Shown here piece by piece: positions 12,613 through 27,533 of a stretch of DNA of 64,000 nt (its first letter is position 1; each line of letters begins with the position of its first letter). Location: assembly GCA_012295275.1 (NCBI GenBank), contig CM022672.1, positions 29,388,001-29,452,000 of the forward strand. Direction: 5' to 3'. The translations under genes and the position numbers were made by a program. The DNA comes from Chrysomallon squamiferum (Eukaryota > Animalia > Mollusca). The notes under the pieces are model-generated. The model made no database searches and was not told where the DNA came from. It saw only the letters and a program-made list of their open reading frames with translations.

Positions 12613-15103
12613 CTTGTGCACACCTAAGATAGCTTTGTGTTACACAGTGAACAAGAAACGCAAGCTCTTCACAGCTGGATGCAGAGAACTGTGAAAGACT
12701 TCTGTTATCAGCTGGATCATTTTCCTCATCAGATGGTGACTGTGGTGGTGTCATGGGACTTTTGGGTGGGAGAGCCTCAAAGTAAGCCTCTATCACATCA
12801 TTCAAAGAATTGGGAAAGTCTTGACAGGAGACAAATGTTCGATCACAGCTGTCTTCAAGGATCCTCTGTACCACTTTGAACTGCAGCAGATCACTAGTTA
12901 CCGACTGCAGAAAAAGTTTCTTGTGACTGACATCTGGCAAGTACATATAGATGTGAACCATTTCTCCACCCACACGCTTTGCAGCTTCCACACAGCTTCT
13001 GCTGATATTGACCCCAACTTCCAGCAACTTCTGGAGGTTGGGCAGGAGTTTTGGCACATACACACTCTCAGCCTCTGCAGGAAGTCTGTTCAAGTGCTGT
13101 TCAAGCCTTGAATCTCTCAGCTCTTTGTATTCATCCGATGTAACTACTGAGCAAATCCACTGAACTATCTGCTTCAAGTTTGCAAAAGCACAGTCAGAGG
13201 AGAGCAGTTTGTAAGTTTGTGTTCTTCTCATTGCATTTGGGTTGGATATTTTGCAGTCTTTAAGCTCCATTTGGAAACAAGTACACATATGATCAAGAAG
13301 AAGAGACACTTTAGAATACAGATTTTCCACCACTTCAGAATCCTTGTTGATTGTTAACTTGCCCATAAGATTCTCAAGAATGTCCCATTCAACTCTTATC
13401 AGGGTGGGGTATTTCTGTACAATTGTTGATAGCAGTTTCCCAGATTTTAGAACTACTTTCAAACTACTGTTGCCAAGCAAACCTCTAGATGTAATTTCTT
13501 GTACTATAGACTCTGTAGGTTTGAGTAGAAAATCTTCCACAAGTTTAAGACTATAATCCAGAAATGCATCACCTTCTTCTAAAGCTGCTTCTATTGTATT
13601 GATGTGCATGTCTGACAAGGAAGCAGCCAGACTATCTTCATTTGCTTGGCAGTTGGGAAATAAAGGTCTATTCTGCTTTACACAAACCACTTTTGATTTA
13701 CACAGTTCGTCTTCTGTGTCCTCTGACTTTTTGTGTATCACAGGAAAGAATCGTTTGATACACTGTGTCGATGTTGAGTGAAAAGATTTCCTTTCTGTAA
13801 CCCTTACATGCCTTAGCAGACCACATTTTTTAACTGGATGTTCTTGAGTCAATGAACCCTCTTTTTTAAATGTGACATTTTCATTTTTCACAAACTCATC
13901 TTTGTGAAAAATTTCTTCTTCACTTTCCTTTCTTGTTAATTCTTTGTGAAAAACATGTTCTTCTCCATCCTGTGTCAAAATTTTCTTTTCTTGTAATGCA
14001 TGTTGTTCATCTTTCTCTGTCAAAATTTGTTTTTCAAATGTATGGTCTTCATATTCCCAATCATCATCTGATGAAGACTCTGACTGACATTCAAAACTAC
14101 TCTCTTCAGAATCACTGCTTTCATCTGAGGAATTATCTGAAGTTATTACAAGAGATTCTTTATCTTCTTCGGTTGAAGGTGTGGAATGAAATTTAATATT
14201 TGAGTCACCAGTGACTGGTTGACTTCGTGGATTGATGGATGATGACACAGAACTGTTTTTTGTTATCTGCTGAGCATCAGTAATTTTGTCCAATACATTC
14301 ACATCTTTCAGGACATCCAGAAAATGGCGGTTGTTGCCTAAGCTGGCATGGGAAAATTTATCTCCAATACTATTTTTAGATTTAATTTTACAACCATTGT
14401 CTAACTGCTTTATTTTGATTAGCAAAGCAGCTATCTTTGCTTTTGCAGTTTCATCAAAAACCACTGGTTTACTTGTCTTCTTGCAAACTGGGCTTTCTCC
14501 AGCTCCATCATTTAATGTGTGCTTATGTTTTATAGCTGAACCATCATTTCCTGTTTTACAACCAATTATTGTAGAACTACCATTTACTGATAAACCACCA
14601 TACACTGTTTTACCACCATTTGTTATAGAAGCACTACATTTTGTTTTAACACCATTTACAAAAGAATCACCATTTACTCTTAAATGATTATATGTTGTTT
14701 TATTTACTCCTCTACCATTACACACAGTATTATCACCATTTACTATCACATCTTCAAGTACAGTTCTACCACTGTTTACTGTAGAAGCACCAGACACTGC
14801 TATGTTACCCGTTCCTTGTGATTTAGATTGAGAACTGCTGACAGGACATTCCTCATCATCGATATCTGGTAAGTCATCAGAAAATTCAGTTTCAGAAAGC
14901 ACTTCAGTTTTTGGCTGCAGCAAGGATGTGAAGAGGTTGTTGTTACTGAAGATAGACAGTCGCGGTTTCTTGCATGGTGAATGCCATTTCTGGTTCTCTC
15001 GTTCCTTTTTAAGCTGTGACCAAGTCTTTCCTTTGGCTGCCTCATACTTCTTCAGACATGTCATTCTTTTTCTGTCATTTCTGCAGTGCAGTACTGCTCT
15101 TGT
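12613..15103 (-). CDS. SIMC1: SIMC1-like gene, exon 2 (2491 nt; disordered region plus Nse5-like domain)
   Basis: Lies within the 836-aa ORF, with acceptor ttttgttgcag|ACA and donor CAAG|gtaagt (phase 1). The C-terminal half aligns by eye to recalled human SIMC1: KPTESIVQEI..KYPTLIRVEWD vs PPREIVAHII..LHPANAKTVEWD; LSSDCAFANLKQIVQWICSVVT vs [54 protein letters not shown] vs [32 protein letters not shown]. Confidence 0.9.
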
Positions 15104-18100
15104 CTGCAACAAAACAGATACAAAATTAACAAAAAGGGAAAAAGTATGTTTGTTTGTAACATTTCAGCACAATTCAAATAATATCAGCTACCATTAATAA
15201 CAATTACAAGATTTATAGGTTTTTATTATTCGTTTTTTCTTTTGTCTGAAATTTTAAAGTTTTCTCATAATATGAAACAGGCAGGTTTGTCTAAACAAAC
15301 AAATCCCACTGACATACTTTACACTGCAGAAATATTTTAGTTTCTTGCATTCCCAATATATAATTTATACACAAACAAATGATATATATTAATATTATTA
15401 TGTTTTTCTTTATTAACAATTTGAATAGCAATATACAAGATCATATAATTAATGGTGACTGTACGGTAACGTGGAACATCACACAACTTATTTTTTATTA
15501 TTATGATTAATAAACATTTTGAATGATATGTTCACTACAAAACTAAGATTCATTGCACCAACTTAAGTATACAAATACAAACGTGCGCGTACGCGCACAC
15601 ACATTACCCAATAATTGTGACTGAAAAATTAAATGTCTTTTGAAGAACTGATAATAATAATAATACCTTTCTAAATACTATTACAGTCGTCAACGCGGTA
15701 TGTATTCACTAATTTATATACACATGTTCAAATGAAGAACTCTTTAATTTGTTTTAACTGAATCAGCATTTTCACATTAATGACGTCAATGTGCGATAAC
15801 CAGATTCGATATACATTAAATAAATAATAAAACAAAATAAAAATGTATTTATTATATTGTTATTAAAACAGAATAATTTTCTATGCATTAAAAAATAATA
15901 AACACAGAAATAAAAATACAAATTTTAAAAATAAATAAGTATCTAAATCAAAACAACAGCTGATAAGAAATAAAATTGATCATAAAATAAAATTACGCTA
16001 GTATCTCCTATAATATATTTTTATACAGTTTACATTTTAACAATAATCGTATCCGTGGTTTGATTTTAAATTACCAAAAAAATGTTGTGGTTTTCTTTAG
16101 ACGAAATCCGCTTCTGTTCTGAACAAAACCAACAGACGACAACAAAAAACGAATAAACTACGTCACGAGTTGTAAACCGTCAGGCATCTGACGTAACGTA
16201 AATTTAAACTATGCACTACTTTTATCATTATTATTATTATTATTATTTTACAAATTAAATCACACAAAGCTTTTAATCTCAGCGTTTTTAAAACTTAATA
16301 AAACATCAATGTTTAACAGTTTTTGTAGGTTTGACTAATTTTTATCGTCTGCTCACTTCCTCGGTCCATTGGCCAGTTTAAAGGTTTAGACCGAGACAGA
16401 GAGAAAAAAAAAAAAAATAAATAAAAAAATATCGTTTTTATTTAAATTTTAAATTAAAATGATTTTATCTCGTGAAGCGTCGACTGTAATATCACAAATT
16501 AAACAGATTTACCTGAACATTTATCGAAAACAAGCGAAAAAGAATAACGGGACAAAATAATTTCAAAAAATGAAAATAAAAACATCCTAATAAACAACCG
16601 CAAATTATTTTCTTATTTTTCATCCATTCGGACGTAAAAACTACTAATAATTTTTTAAAATGTAGCTTCTTTTATTTATTTATTTAGCGAAATTGAAAGC
16701 GAATAAAAGAAAAGAAAATTTAATAATAAAAAAAAATCGGTTAATTTTGTTTTCTTTTTACTCTTCAGATATTAAACAGGAGATCAACAAAATGACGAAT
16801 ACATGTTTAAATTGATACGATGGTTTAGAAACGTATTTCCATAAAATAACAATAATCATTAAAAAAAAAAAAAAAAAAAATTCTACAACTATTTAAAAAG
16901 CATCCGCCAAAAGAAATAAAAGGAAGTTAACAATTTGTAACCTATATTCATTTAATAGGCAGTTAAGAAATACTACTATTAAAAGTAAGAATTAGCCTGT
17001 ACAGATTTTTTTTATTCTTACCCTCACGACTCTCATAGCAGATCAGAATGCCAACATATTTCATTTTTCTATGTTTTTAAATTTAAAACGCGCATTGTGC
17101 GTCAGTTCCGGTGTTTAGCATAGACGTACGAATCACGAAAAATTCAGAATCGTCAAAATTCAGAAGAAAAAAAATATATAAAAAAAATATGGGGTTAGAT
17201 TTGTGGAAAGCAGTATTTGTTTTAGAAATTTTATTACATACTATTGAAAAAATGATTCTTCTGTTTTTACGTGTGTGAACATTCAATCAAACTAACCTCC
17301 CTTAACCAAAACATCATCACAGTTCCTGTATTTGCGCGAGAAAAGGCGTTCACTTAAATTTACTTATATAAAAATCCGTAACTGATTTATTATTAATGGT
17401 ATTTGTGAAATTAATTCCCCTCCCCCATATTTCATTTTAAATACAAGACTGAGGAATCGATCTTGGGATTAAAAATGAATAGTTTGCTGATAATACTACG
17501 AATATCGGAGGAGTACCAAAAAACAAAACAAACACACAAACAAACAAACAAATAAATAATAAAGGGGAGGAAAATTAAAATTAGAGAACACTGCACAAAG
17601 CGAGGAAGCGATATTAAAACATACTATAAACATCTACTGAAAGTGACGATATATATATATATTCTATTTTGGTTGTTTTAATATATAAAATATATATAAT
17701 TTAGCGATTACAATAACAACTGCAGGTAACCAACTAGTATTTATATGCTACATACAGTTATTATTATTAGAAGTAGTAGTAGTACTTTGCCCTATATTTC
17801 TCATTCTAGCTATCTCGTCACAGTGATTGTTTATTTCATTAAATATTTTTCTCTCATGTTGTTGTTGAAATGATTCAGTTGAAAAAAAAAAAATGTTCTA
17901 ACATAAAAACGTAAACTTCTTTAAACTCGAAACAGGAATGGACATTTCCACTGAGAAATTATGGATGTATTAGTCTGATCAATAAAATAAAAAAATAAAA
18001 AGCTGAAAAGCTGGGCCAAAAGAAGTGTGCAAAAGATGAGAGACAACTGAAGTACTTGCGTTATTTTTTATTTTTTAATACTAACATCGCATGTCTTTAC

Positions 18101-20323
18101 GTATAAAATAAACATATCGATGATTGAAACTCACGGGAAGTGACAAAAGTGGTGACCACACAATGTTTAAACATAATAAGATTTACTCTGAAATTGTTAA
18201 TATGGGTTATTCACACACTGATAACCTCAGATTAGCAAAGTAACAATTTTATCACCACTGTTGTTTTAACATGTTTGTCACGTGTATGCTGCCACATCTG
18301 TCACGTGCCTCTGCTACTGATGTGTAGTAATGTTTGGATGAGAACACAGATACTTACCACTTCAGACTCTTAAAAGCTTTTGCTTGTAACTGCTGAGAAT
18401 TACGTTTTCTTTCTTCCCAATGCGAACACACGTATATTTTTCGAATCCAGACCGTCGAAACATTGTTAAAAACAAACACTGTCATGAGGTGACTTGTCTT
18501 GTTTGTGATTTATTCTCCATGTTTATCTGTACTGTCGTTTTACGACAGACTTTCTATATACTTTCTGTCCAAGTCAGGTATTTAATCTTCTCTCCACCGT
18601 GTTTTAGAATATTGTAGAAACATTATTACTAATGCTGGTGTTTATATGCTGTATTTTAAGTTTTGTAGTAACGACACGAAAGAAGAATCATGAATCAGGT
18701 CTGTGAGTTAACAGTTAACTTCTGTTTTTAAAAATAACTAAAACTACAGGTATTCGTAAACCAATTTTAATCATGTAAAAGTTGTAACTGTACAATATCA
18801 AAATCACAGTTTAAACAAATTAATTAACGTTAAAGATGTATATGATTAACCTCTGCATTAGTTTGATTTTATTTCTACAACACTGTAAATATTATTCAGT
18901 ATTTTGAACTAAATATTTTTATTTTTATTATTTGTTTTCTTCATTATTTTTTTGTTAATGTTAAGTGTAAGCAAAAAACATAGTACACCAAGTGAGTGTT
19001 TAGTAAGCACTGCTCTTCTGAGTCTGACGTAATTTTGTGGTTTTTGTTTGCGTTGCCTTCACTTTTCATTTATTGACACGGCTGATTTGTAAGGTGTGAG
19101 GTCATGTAACTAACAAGCTAACCCGCACCAGCCGATTCTTTCTCTCGATCTCACACTTTATTACTAACAAAACGCCAAAAGCTAATCTCTGAAGAAATAA
19201 ATGGCTACAGTTAACCCTTGATTAACGCGATTAATTAATGTATCGAAATAACGCCGTACACGCTGGAATGACGTTGATCAAATATAATAGTCAATGGTAA
19301 AAGTTTTAACTGATTCTCAATCGCTGACTAAAAAAAACAAACATTTTTAACTACTTGAAATATGCATAACAAATTTATCTTGTAAGAAAAATACTTAAAT
19401 ACAAAGTTGTAGTTTTAACAATGTGTATGCACTACAAAATTTATCAACAGTAATTTGAATAGTTTTAGCTTTTTTTCTCTCCACGGTAGCACGCACTCTG
19501 TCCTCTGAACTACGGCAAATTACGAAACATTTCATGAATCTCTTTAAGTTTCTTAGTTACATTAAGTTTAACACACGAAGCAAAATACATTCCTCTTCGT
19601 AAAGACTGTAGGTACGATTTTTAGAAAGCGTTTAATAGGGAAAAGGTAAAATAACGTAGCTAGCGCGTATGGCAAACGCTCGCAATGGCAGATGTTTAAT
19701 GACAATCTGTGCCACGAAGATACTAACTGGCAACCCTTCTGTAACACACGTGACGTAATCTTATTAGTAGCTAAGTTTGAATCAGCTGAATGTTTTCTCC
19801 CAGTGACAGTCACTGGTGTTTTGAAAGCGCGTTATAGTGACTAGATTTTAGGCTTCCTTCCAATGACACTTTGCTGGTGTTTTGCTTTCATCGTAGCGAT
19901 TACTATTACCACATAAATCACAAATCGCGCAAAGCAAAACCGCGTCAAATAAGGGATACCTGTCTTTAGTAGTAGTAGTAGTATTTATATTATCATTATA
20001 ATCAATCTCTCAGGTATGGACGTAATTTATTCAGCCTGAATTGACTTACAGATACATACTCATATGTACCTTCAGACCTTTAAATTCTTTTGTGTCAAGG
20101 ACAACTCAGTTTGCATTCTCTAAACAACAAGAATAAACACCTGATTACACCAGAGATTTTAAACCAGTTAACCGTAAATGTTTTAAAAAGAAGGTGACAT
20201 CTGTTCATACACTATACAATGAAGCAGCCATAAAAATTCATAGCTGTGGGGAAATCAACATCCAGTAAAGTAATGAAGAGAAGATACGAAGCGTGCACTT
20301 TGTATCTGTGTTAATCCTATTTG

Positions 20324-21072
20324 TACTCCAGCGGAAAAAAGTAACTGCGTGTGTTTATCATGTTGATAAGAAACAATTTCAACACATAAAACGATAAACT
20401 GTCAGGTAACAGGTTATTAGGCAATTCTGAATAAGTTCAATTCATTTAAAATGAATCCGTTATTTCGATTTCGCTGGTATTGGGGATGGCCAAAAAGAAG
20501 TGCACAAAGTTAAAAATTCGTGTAACCACCGCCTGAGTCGATGCAGGCGAGACACCGTCGCCTCACAGAGCCCACTGAACTAGCTGAGAATTTCTCACAT
20601 GATCCAGTTATGCGAGGACAGTAATGTCAGATCTTGCTTCAGCAACACACACTAGACTTCACGTCGCCCGGGTGGTAAGGATTTTCGAGCGCTGCAGCAC
20701 ATCGATGTGTTGCAGTGGCCAGTCTTGTTTCAGACAAGCACAACCTCGTGGACGTCCACTGCCTAACCACCCGGTGACATCACCAGACGTTAGTCCAGAT
20801 GTGGAACGGCATTCTCCAGGTTTTCTTCAACAATTTGGTTGAGTCTGTGAGGCGGCGGCGCCTCGCTTGCATTGACGAAAATGGTGAAGTGATTTTGTGA
20901 CCTCTCGTGTCTCTCATCCTCAATACCAATGAAATGATGGATGCTCCGACAGTTTAAACTAACTGAAGTTCTGTAGAACTGCCTAATACACAATGCTCTC
21001 TGGTCATTTTATGTCTTGAACTTGTTTTTTTATCAGCATGATAACCATACAGTCACTTTTTACCCGCTAGTA
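20324..21072 (+). mobile_element. Tc1-derived element with long inverted arms
   Basis: TA at both ends, with diverged inverted arms at about 20324-20580 and 20840-21072. A frameshifted Tc1 transposase C-terminus is on + (HVARVVR, QHIDVLQWP, LVQMWNGILQVFFNNLVESVRRRRLACIDENG) and is repeated on - (SVRRRCLACIDSGGGYT). Confidence 0.85.
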
Positions 21073-21884
21073 CATTAAAAATATTGTAAAAATAACATCA
21101 GTGCTGTGTGGTGAGTTACTGAATGAACTTCTGTTCTTTAGTTGGTAACCAAATAATCTGCTATATTCTACTATTTACAGTTCTATTTCTGTACTTATTA
21201 AAATTTTCGTTAAAAAATACGTGTGTTTACAAACAAGGTATTATGATCTTCCAGTATAGGCCACGACAATGAGACACTGTACATTTTAAAGCAGATTAGA
21301 TCTTGTTTGTTATAATAAAATCTTGACATACAATTATAGCCCCTCTTTACCCCATTTCCCTTTAATACAAACCCAACGCTTCCTTGTATTTTTATTTTTG
21401 TATTATACTTTATGGCTGTATGCGGAACGACATGCTTCAACGACCTATTTTATTCAAGGATGCTGTCAATACATGTTTTATATTTTTTACTCTGCCTGTA
21501 CGACACTGCCCACAGAGCTACTCATGGCACTGTGATCATGATGAAACTTGCTGTGGCAATTACTCATTTTTCATTACATCTCGGAGATCATTTATTTGCT
21601 CCTTCGAACACACAAGACAACTCTTAATATGACTTGATATAAACCAGCTGTGGAGCAGTGGCGTGGACACAAAGGGACTGACAGACATGGAGGAGAGGAC
21701 TGGTCAATCAGCATATTTCCACGCTGTCCTTGGTGTAAGCACAGCATACAATCTTCTCATTATTCCAGCGAGAATAACTATTAAAAGTGATGATACATTG
21801 AAATAGTCTCAATATATTTTGTTTTACTGTGGCGTTTTTCATCATGATATCTTAATAATGAAGTATAACAAAAAGATGGTCTGA

Positions 21885-21939
<55 letters not shown>

Positions 21940-24452
21940 AGTTATAATGACAATCACATACAAGGCCGATCTGATGTAAACTACATCTGTAATTTTTAGT
22001 AATGATATCATCACATATAAAGCTAATGTGATATAAAATATCTTCTACTGGACAGAAAGTCACACCATCTGCTAGACATGTGATAGTGCTCAATTACAAT
22101 ATGTGACAAAAAACATCGTAATACCTATTTTACCTAACAGTATTATTTTGTTGACATAATTTCCTTTTGAAAGGTGCTAGGATGCACAAAACAGTAAATT
22201 AATAAATTGGAAGTATAAAAATTCATTAAAAGTAAATCATTCTCTTGGCATTGGACAAGCATCCCCATGCTTTTGAAATTTGTATGATACAAAACAACAG
22301 CAGTAACAAAACAAGTATGTTAATTAGTCCACTCATAAAAGGCTGTTGCATTTTCTGATAAATGAGATTTCAGAATGCAGTTATGATCAGAGTAGATCAT
22401 AGTCATTTAATATATGGCCAATTTATTCTATTCCTCACTACTTTGTCAAGTGTCAAAATATCAATAAAAATATTCAGACGAATGGTTGTTAGTAGTTTCT
22501 GTTATTGTTGTAATCGTGTTCATTACAGATAACAAGTAAATACTTTACCATTACGTGGACTTTTAAATATACTACGCATCTGAAAGACATTAGAATGTTA
22601 AGGTAATCAAATTGTGTTGGCTATGTATATTAAAAATAATAAATTAAGATAATCAGTTATATGTAAACGCAATAAAATAGTTAAAAATAGATAATACGTG
22701 TAGCTAATGACTCATATACTATACAGTCCAAACATTTTACCATTTTTTAACTACAACTGGTATGTTATTTTTGTTTTACATTAAATAAGCATTTATTAAG
22801 AGAGAATTTTCCTTACTGGAAAACTTAAGTTTAAGCCTTTAACTGAGAAACAAAAACAATTTAAAATATACCTTAAAAGCGTGCACTGGTCAGAATGTTT
22901 TCTACCAAACAGCCAACAGAAGAGAACAGACACAGTGACAAACATCCCAGTGAAGTGGGTGAAACTTGTTAAATCTGGATATCAAATTTCAGAGGTGGTA
23001 TCAGCTGTTGATCTCAGTATGGAAATATCAGTACGGTTAACCATACACTGAAATCTACTGCAGTAAGATGAGTCAAAATACCAGTGTTGTTTTCACTTAC
23101 TGTACACAGTGTGATGTAGCTGTTTTTATGGTTTGTGTGAGATGTGATGGACTGCAGGATTAATATTACTAGTGTCCAGGTCATGATGAAATATTTACCC
23201 AGTCACTGTATTACAAAAAACCATGTAAAGAAAATAAATACAAATACAAATAATAATAATAAAAAACAGAAAACAAAATAATAATAATAATAATTATAGT
23301 AAAAAACAAAAATGAAAATGAAAAAACAAAAAACAAAAACAAAAACAAAAACAACAGTATTACAGTAACCAGACAAAAGACCATTGGACAGAACTTCACA
23401 CTTTCAATATTAAAACAGAATCACTCTTCATATGTGTCAATCTTAAACTAAAAAAGAATTACTGTTTCTTCTTTACATTCATAACACAAATAAATATAAT
23501 GATATATAATTATTTGCCAGACACACAACATTTTAATATCCCCTTAGTTCAGATAAGCAAATTTCAGTTAAAAACTGTTCTTTTGAAGTGCAATACTCAA
23601 TATTTAAATTGTCCAGGATTTTGATTAATTAGTGGCCACTGGGTTTTGTCTTGTGAAATTTTTGTGAAGGATAGTTTTGTCCTGTGGGTTTAATTGTGAT
23701 GTTTTGCCTTGAATCTATTAATTACACACATTAGAAGTTGGTAACTATTAGCAGTTGTTATTACATGAAGTCCACTGATATTAAAATGAGGTGAAATACC
23801 ATTCTGTCAAATATACAAGCATGAAGCATTTACTGAAATAACTTTTCATATAATCAAAAAAATAATTAAAAAATTAAAATAGTTTCTAATTCATTTATAA
23901 TGGGTTTGTGTATTAGAGTTATATGTATCATCATAAAAAAAAATAGAATATAAACAATTTTTGATTCATTTAAAGTGGGTTTTCGTGTTAGAGTTTTCAA
24001 GTGCAGGAAAATAAGTAAGTGATTTTCAAGTATGGATACAAATACAAATGGTTATAATAAATTTTGTTCAGTACAATTTATTTAATTATGAGTAGTTTCT
24101 GAATGCATATTACTAGTTAAAGCAGAGCTTGTTAAAAGTGGTGTTGTTAATTATTCTAAATACAGACAAGGATGTATGTTACTTTGTGTAGAAGATTTAC
24201 ATGTAAACTGCACATTTCAAAACCACATGTTAAAAATAACTGCATACTGGCTACACATGAATTTCTTGATAATTAATTACTCTTGACAGTTTTTTTTTAA
24301 TTAGTGTTTACTCATATGATTAGATATCTAGATTACAATTAAATCAACTAAAAACAAAAGTCTGGCTTAATGATACCACAAGAGTACAGTTGTTTATTTA
24401 ACCTGTCACTGGAGACAAGTTTTAAACAAGCTATTGACATATGAATGGCAAA

Positions 24453-24485
<33 letters not shown>

Positions 24486-25031
24486 CAGATTATGTCATGT
24501 TGCTGTCATCAAATGCTGGACATGTATCAAACATTTATTAAATGTCATAAGAGCATATTCACCTTTCATCATCAGCTACAGGCAAAACAAAAAATAAATA
24601 AATAAATAAATAAATTTATTATAGAAAATAAGTTGTATATTTTAAAAGATGTTACTCATTTGCAAACAAATGTAATTATTTGTTAAAGGCATCCTAACAC
24701 ACACACACACTACACACTACACACTACACACACACACAACTATACTACACACACTGTATTGTGTGGACTGAACAAAAAACCGAAACAAAAAAAGTAACCC
24801 AAACTTTTTTTTTCATAATTTTTCTAATAAAAGAATATGAAAGATAATTCTGTATTATCATTCCAGATAATTTCAAGCTGTATTTGGATGATTCAGGATC
24901 ATTAACTTCCTGCATTAACAAATTGTCCACATTCTGGCAGTAAATGCGGATGCTGAATTGGGTGTTGTCATAGAAACAAAGTGCTACTGATGTAAAACCT
25001 GCAGCAAATGACAAATACTCTTTCCTTTCTC

Positions 25032-25077
<46 letters not shown>

Positions 25078-26232
25078 TGATGACAATAATAATAAAATCA
25101 GTAATAATAATGAGATGTGCAAATAATCAGAGATACACTTGTGTAAAACTGTTAACACCAGTCAAGGACAGTCAAGGACAGACATGAAGCAGATGTCAGC
25201 TCATTTTGTTAAAACAATTTTTGGTGGTTTTAGACATCAAGATGGAAGAACAGAGTAAATTCTGCCAGGTATCAATAAAATCTTAAAACACTAAATACAA
25301 TAAAACAAAATACAACAATGATTCATAATGATGATGAAGATAATATTGGTAACAACAACAATAATAATAATAATTTAAATTATAATCATCATTATCATCA
25401 TCATCACCATCACTAGGATAATAAACTTTATAAAAAGAAAACATATTTAAAAATTATAATTAAAAGTTAATTTTCTATATATCCTATCAAACTGAATGAT
25501 AAATTATGTTGATAAAACATATGAATCAAAGAGCACTGGTTAAAATGAGAAATAGTGCAATGGAAAACCGTTCCTGCAGTGTGACATGTTTCAACAGGTG
25601 AAACTTGGAGACTGATGAGTAAGATGTAAGCAAAAAACTAAATTTCCAATTTCTTTGGCATCTACATATTTGTTAACAGAATTTTTTTTTATGTCAAATG
25701 AGTAAATGTAAATAAATAGAATTATGATGATGATGATATTATTATTATTATCATCATTAACAATAATAGTAATATCTATAACATTACAACATTTAGTACA
25801 CCAAAAAATAATAACAGTAATAAAATAAATGACAATAACAAATCACAACTCAATAATAACAATATTAAAATAATCATAAAAAAAAATAATAATAATATAA
25901 AATAAAAAATAAACAAAAGTAATCTGCATAACCTGTTAAAAAAAAGATGATCTTAATTTTGACTTGACCCAGTTGATCTCCGTTAAGTTTGTTGTCCTCA
26001 AGGTAGAACTACTGGAACAAGGCCAAAACTGTATCCATTAATTCTATACAATTGACCATGTGACCTATTTTGGTTGACCTAGTTTACATATACCTGAGAT
26101 TAAAATATAAAAGCTGTATAATTTGCATAAAAAATAGTGTCAGGTATGAAGTTACAATAGTGCTGAGTTGGAAATATGTTTCTAATCAAACTGAAATCTT
26201 CATAAACTAACCAAAGCTTTTTATTATTATTC

Positions 26233-26264
<32 letters not shown>

Positions 26265-26469
26265 TTGTATGTATGTAACATTTTTAAAAATGTATGAATT
26301 AAAAACTTAAAAAACCTTTTATATAAACAAACTAAATAAAAATGTACTATTTTAAATTTAAAGATAAATGTAGTGAAAATTTCATTAATGGAGATTTCAT
26401 TATTTTAAATTTGTATACCTTTTCTTCTAATTAATGTGTGTGTGTGTGTGTGTGTTTTTAATACAGTGA

Positions 26470-26503
<34 letters not shown>

Positions 26504-26895
26504 TTGCTTTTATTATTTAATATCTAATATTCATAATACATAAACAACATAATAATACAATTTATTTCAGGTTTTGAAATATAACCCTGAAATCATATAT
26601 TACTATCATAATGTTTATCAATGTTTATTTAATTTACATAATTATGTAAATAATTATAAATTAATATGTATAAAAGGTGTGGAGTATCAAATTAAGTCAG
26701 GCACAAAACCTATACACCATACTGATTAATATAAAATATATTAACTACTGAAAAGGAAATATTAATTCAAGGTGTAAAACGATACATTTCATGCTAATTT
26801 GAATGAATAAATGATTGACTGAATGGATGGAAGGAAGGATGGATAACAAAAAAAAGACACCTAGCATAAAACAACTGCCTATTGAATGTTATTCT

Positions 26896-26931
<36 letters not shown>

Positions 26932-26939
26932 ATAACAAT

Positions 26940-27533
26940 AATAATAATAATAAAAGTAATAATAATAACAACAAAAGTAAACTAAATCTGTATAAAAAAC
27001 TAATTTATGATACAATTAATATTAATTTAATTAAATTTTAATGCTACACTAAAGAACACAAGAAATGATACAGCTAAACAAATACAGTTAATCCTGGGTT
27101 GTAACGCAAGTTCAGTGTTTTTATGAGGTCAGATTTGAGCATGTGTATTTGTTTCATTTTACATGTATCTTATGACACAAAAACATTCTGAAAGGTGAAC
27201 AGAAGTTACATATTATATGGTTGATTAATCTATGTATAAATATCTTTGAATTTCCCTTGAAAATGCTAAGAACTTTTATTCCAACTGAATATTTAAAGCA
27301 CTGCATGTTATAGTAATCTACTTGTCTTAGTTTAATAATAAAATCAAATAAGAATTTGATAACAAAATGGAATGTTTAACATAAGACAGTGTTTAGTGTT
27401 ATACAAACTTGCATTAACTTTTACTTGTGTTCTTCAGGTCAGTGAATAGAGTTTATCATATAAAAGCAATTATCTTCCAGACAATGAAAACTGAGAAATA
27501 CAAAGAATCCCTCACTTACAAATGAGTTACACT
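26940..27533. repeat. Dispersed duplication, copy A (inverted relative to 51210-51858)
   Basis: The reverse complement matches 51210-51858 almost base for base, with only scattered substitutions and one short indel visible. Confidence 0.95.

Noticed and set aside
12637-15197. Several plus-strand ORFs overlapping the 836-aa ORF
   Set aside because: Antisense shadows of the SIMC1-like exon with no independent motif support.
20690-20717. Near-perfect palindrome CTGCAGCACATCGATGTGTTGCAG as a possible ncRNA hairpin
   Set aside because: It falls in Tc1 transposase coding sequence (LQHIDVLQW) and is probably coincidental.
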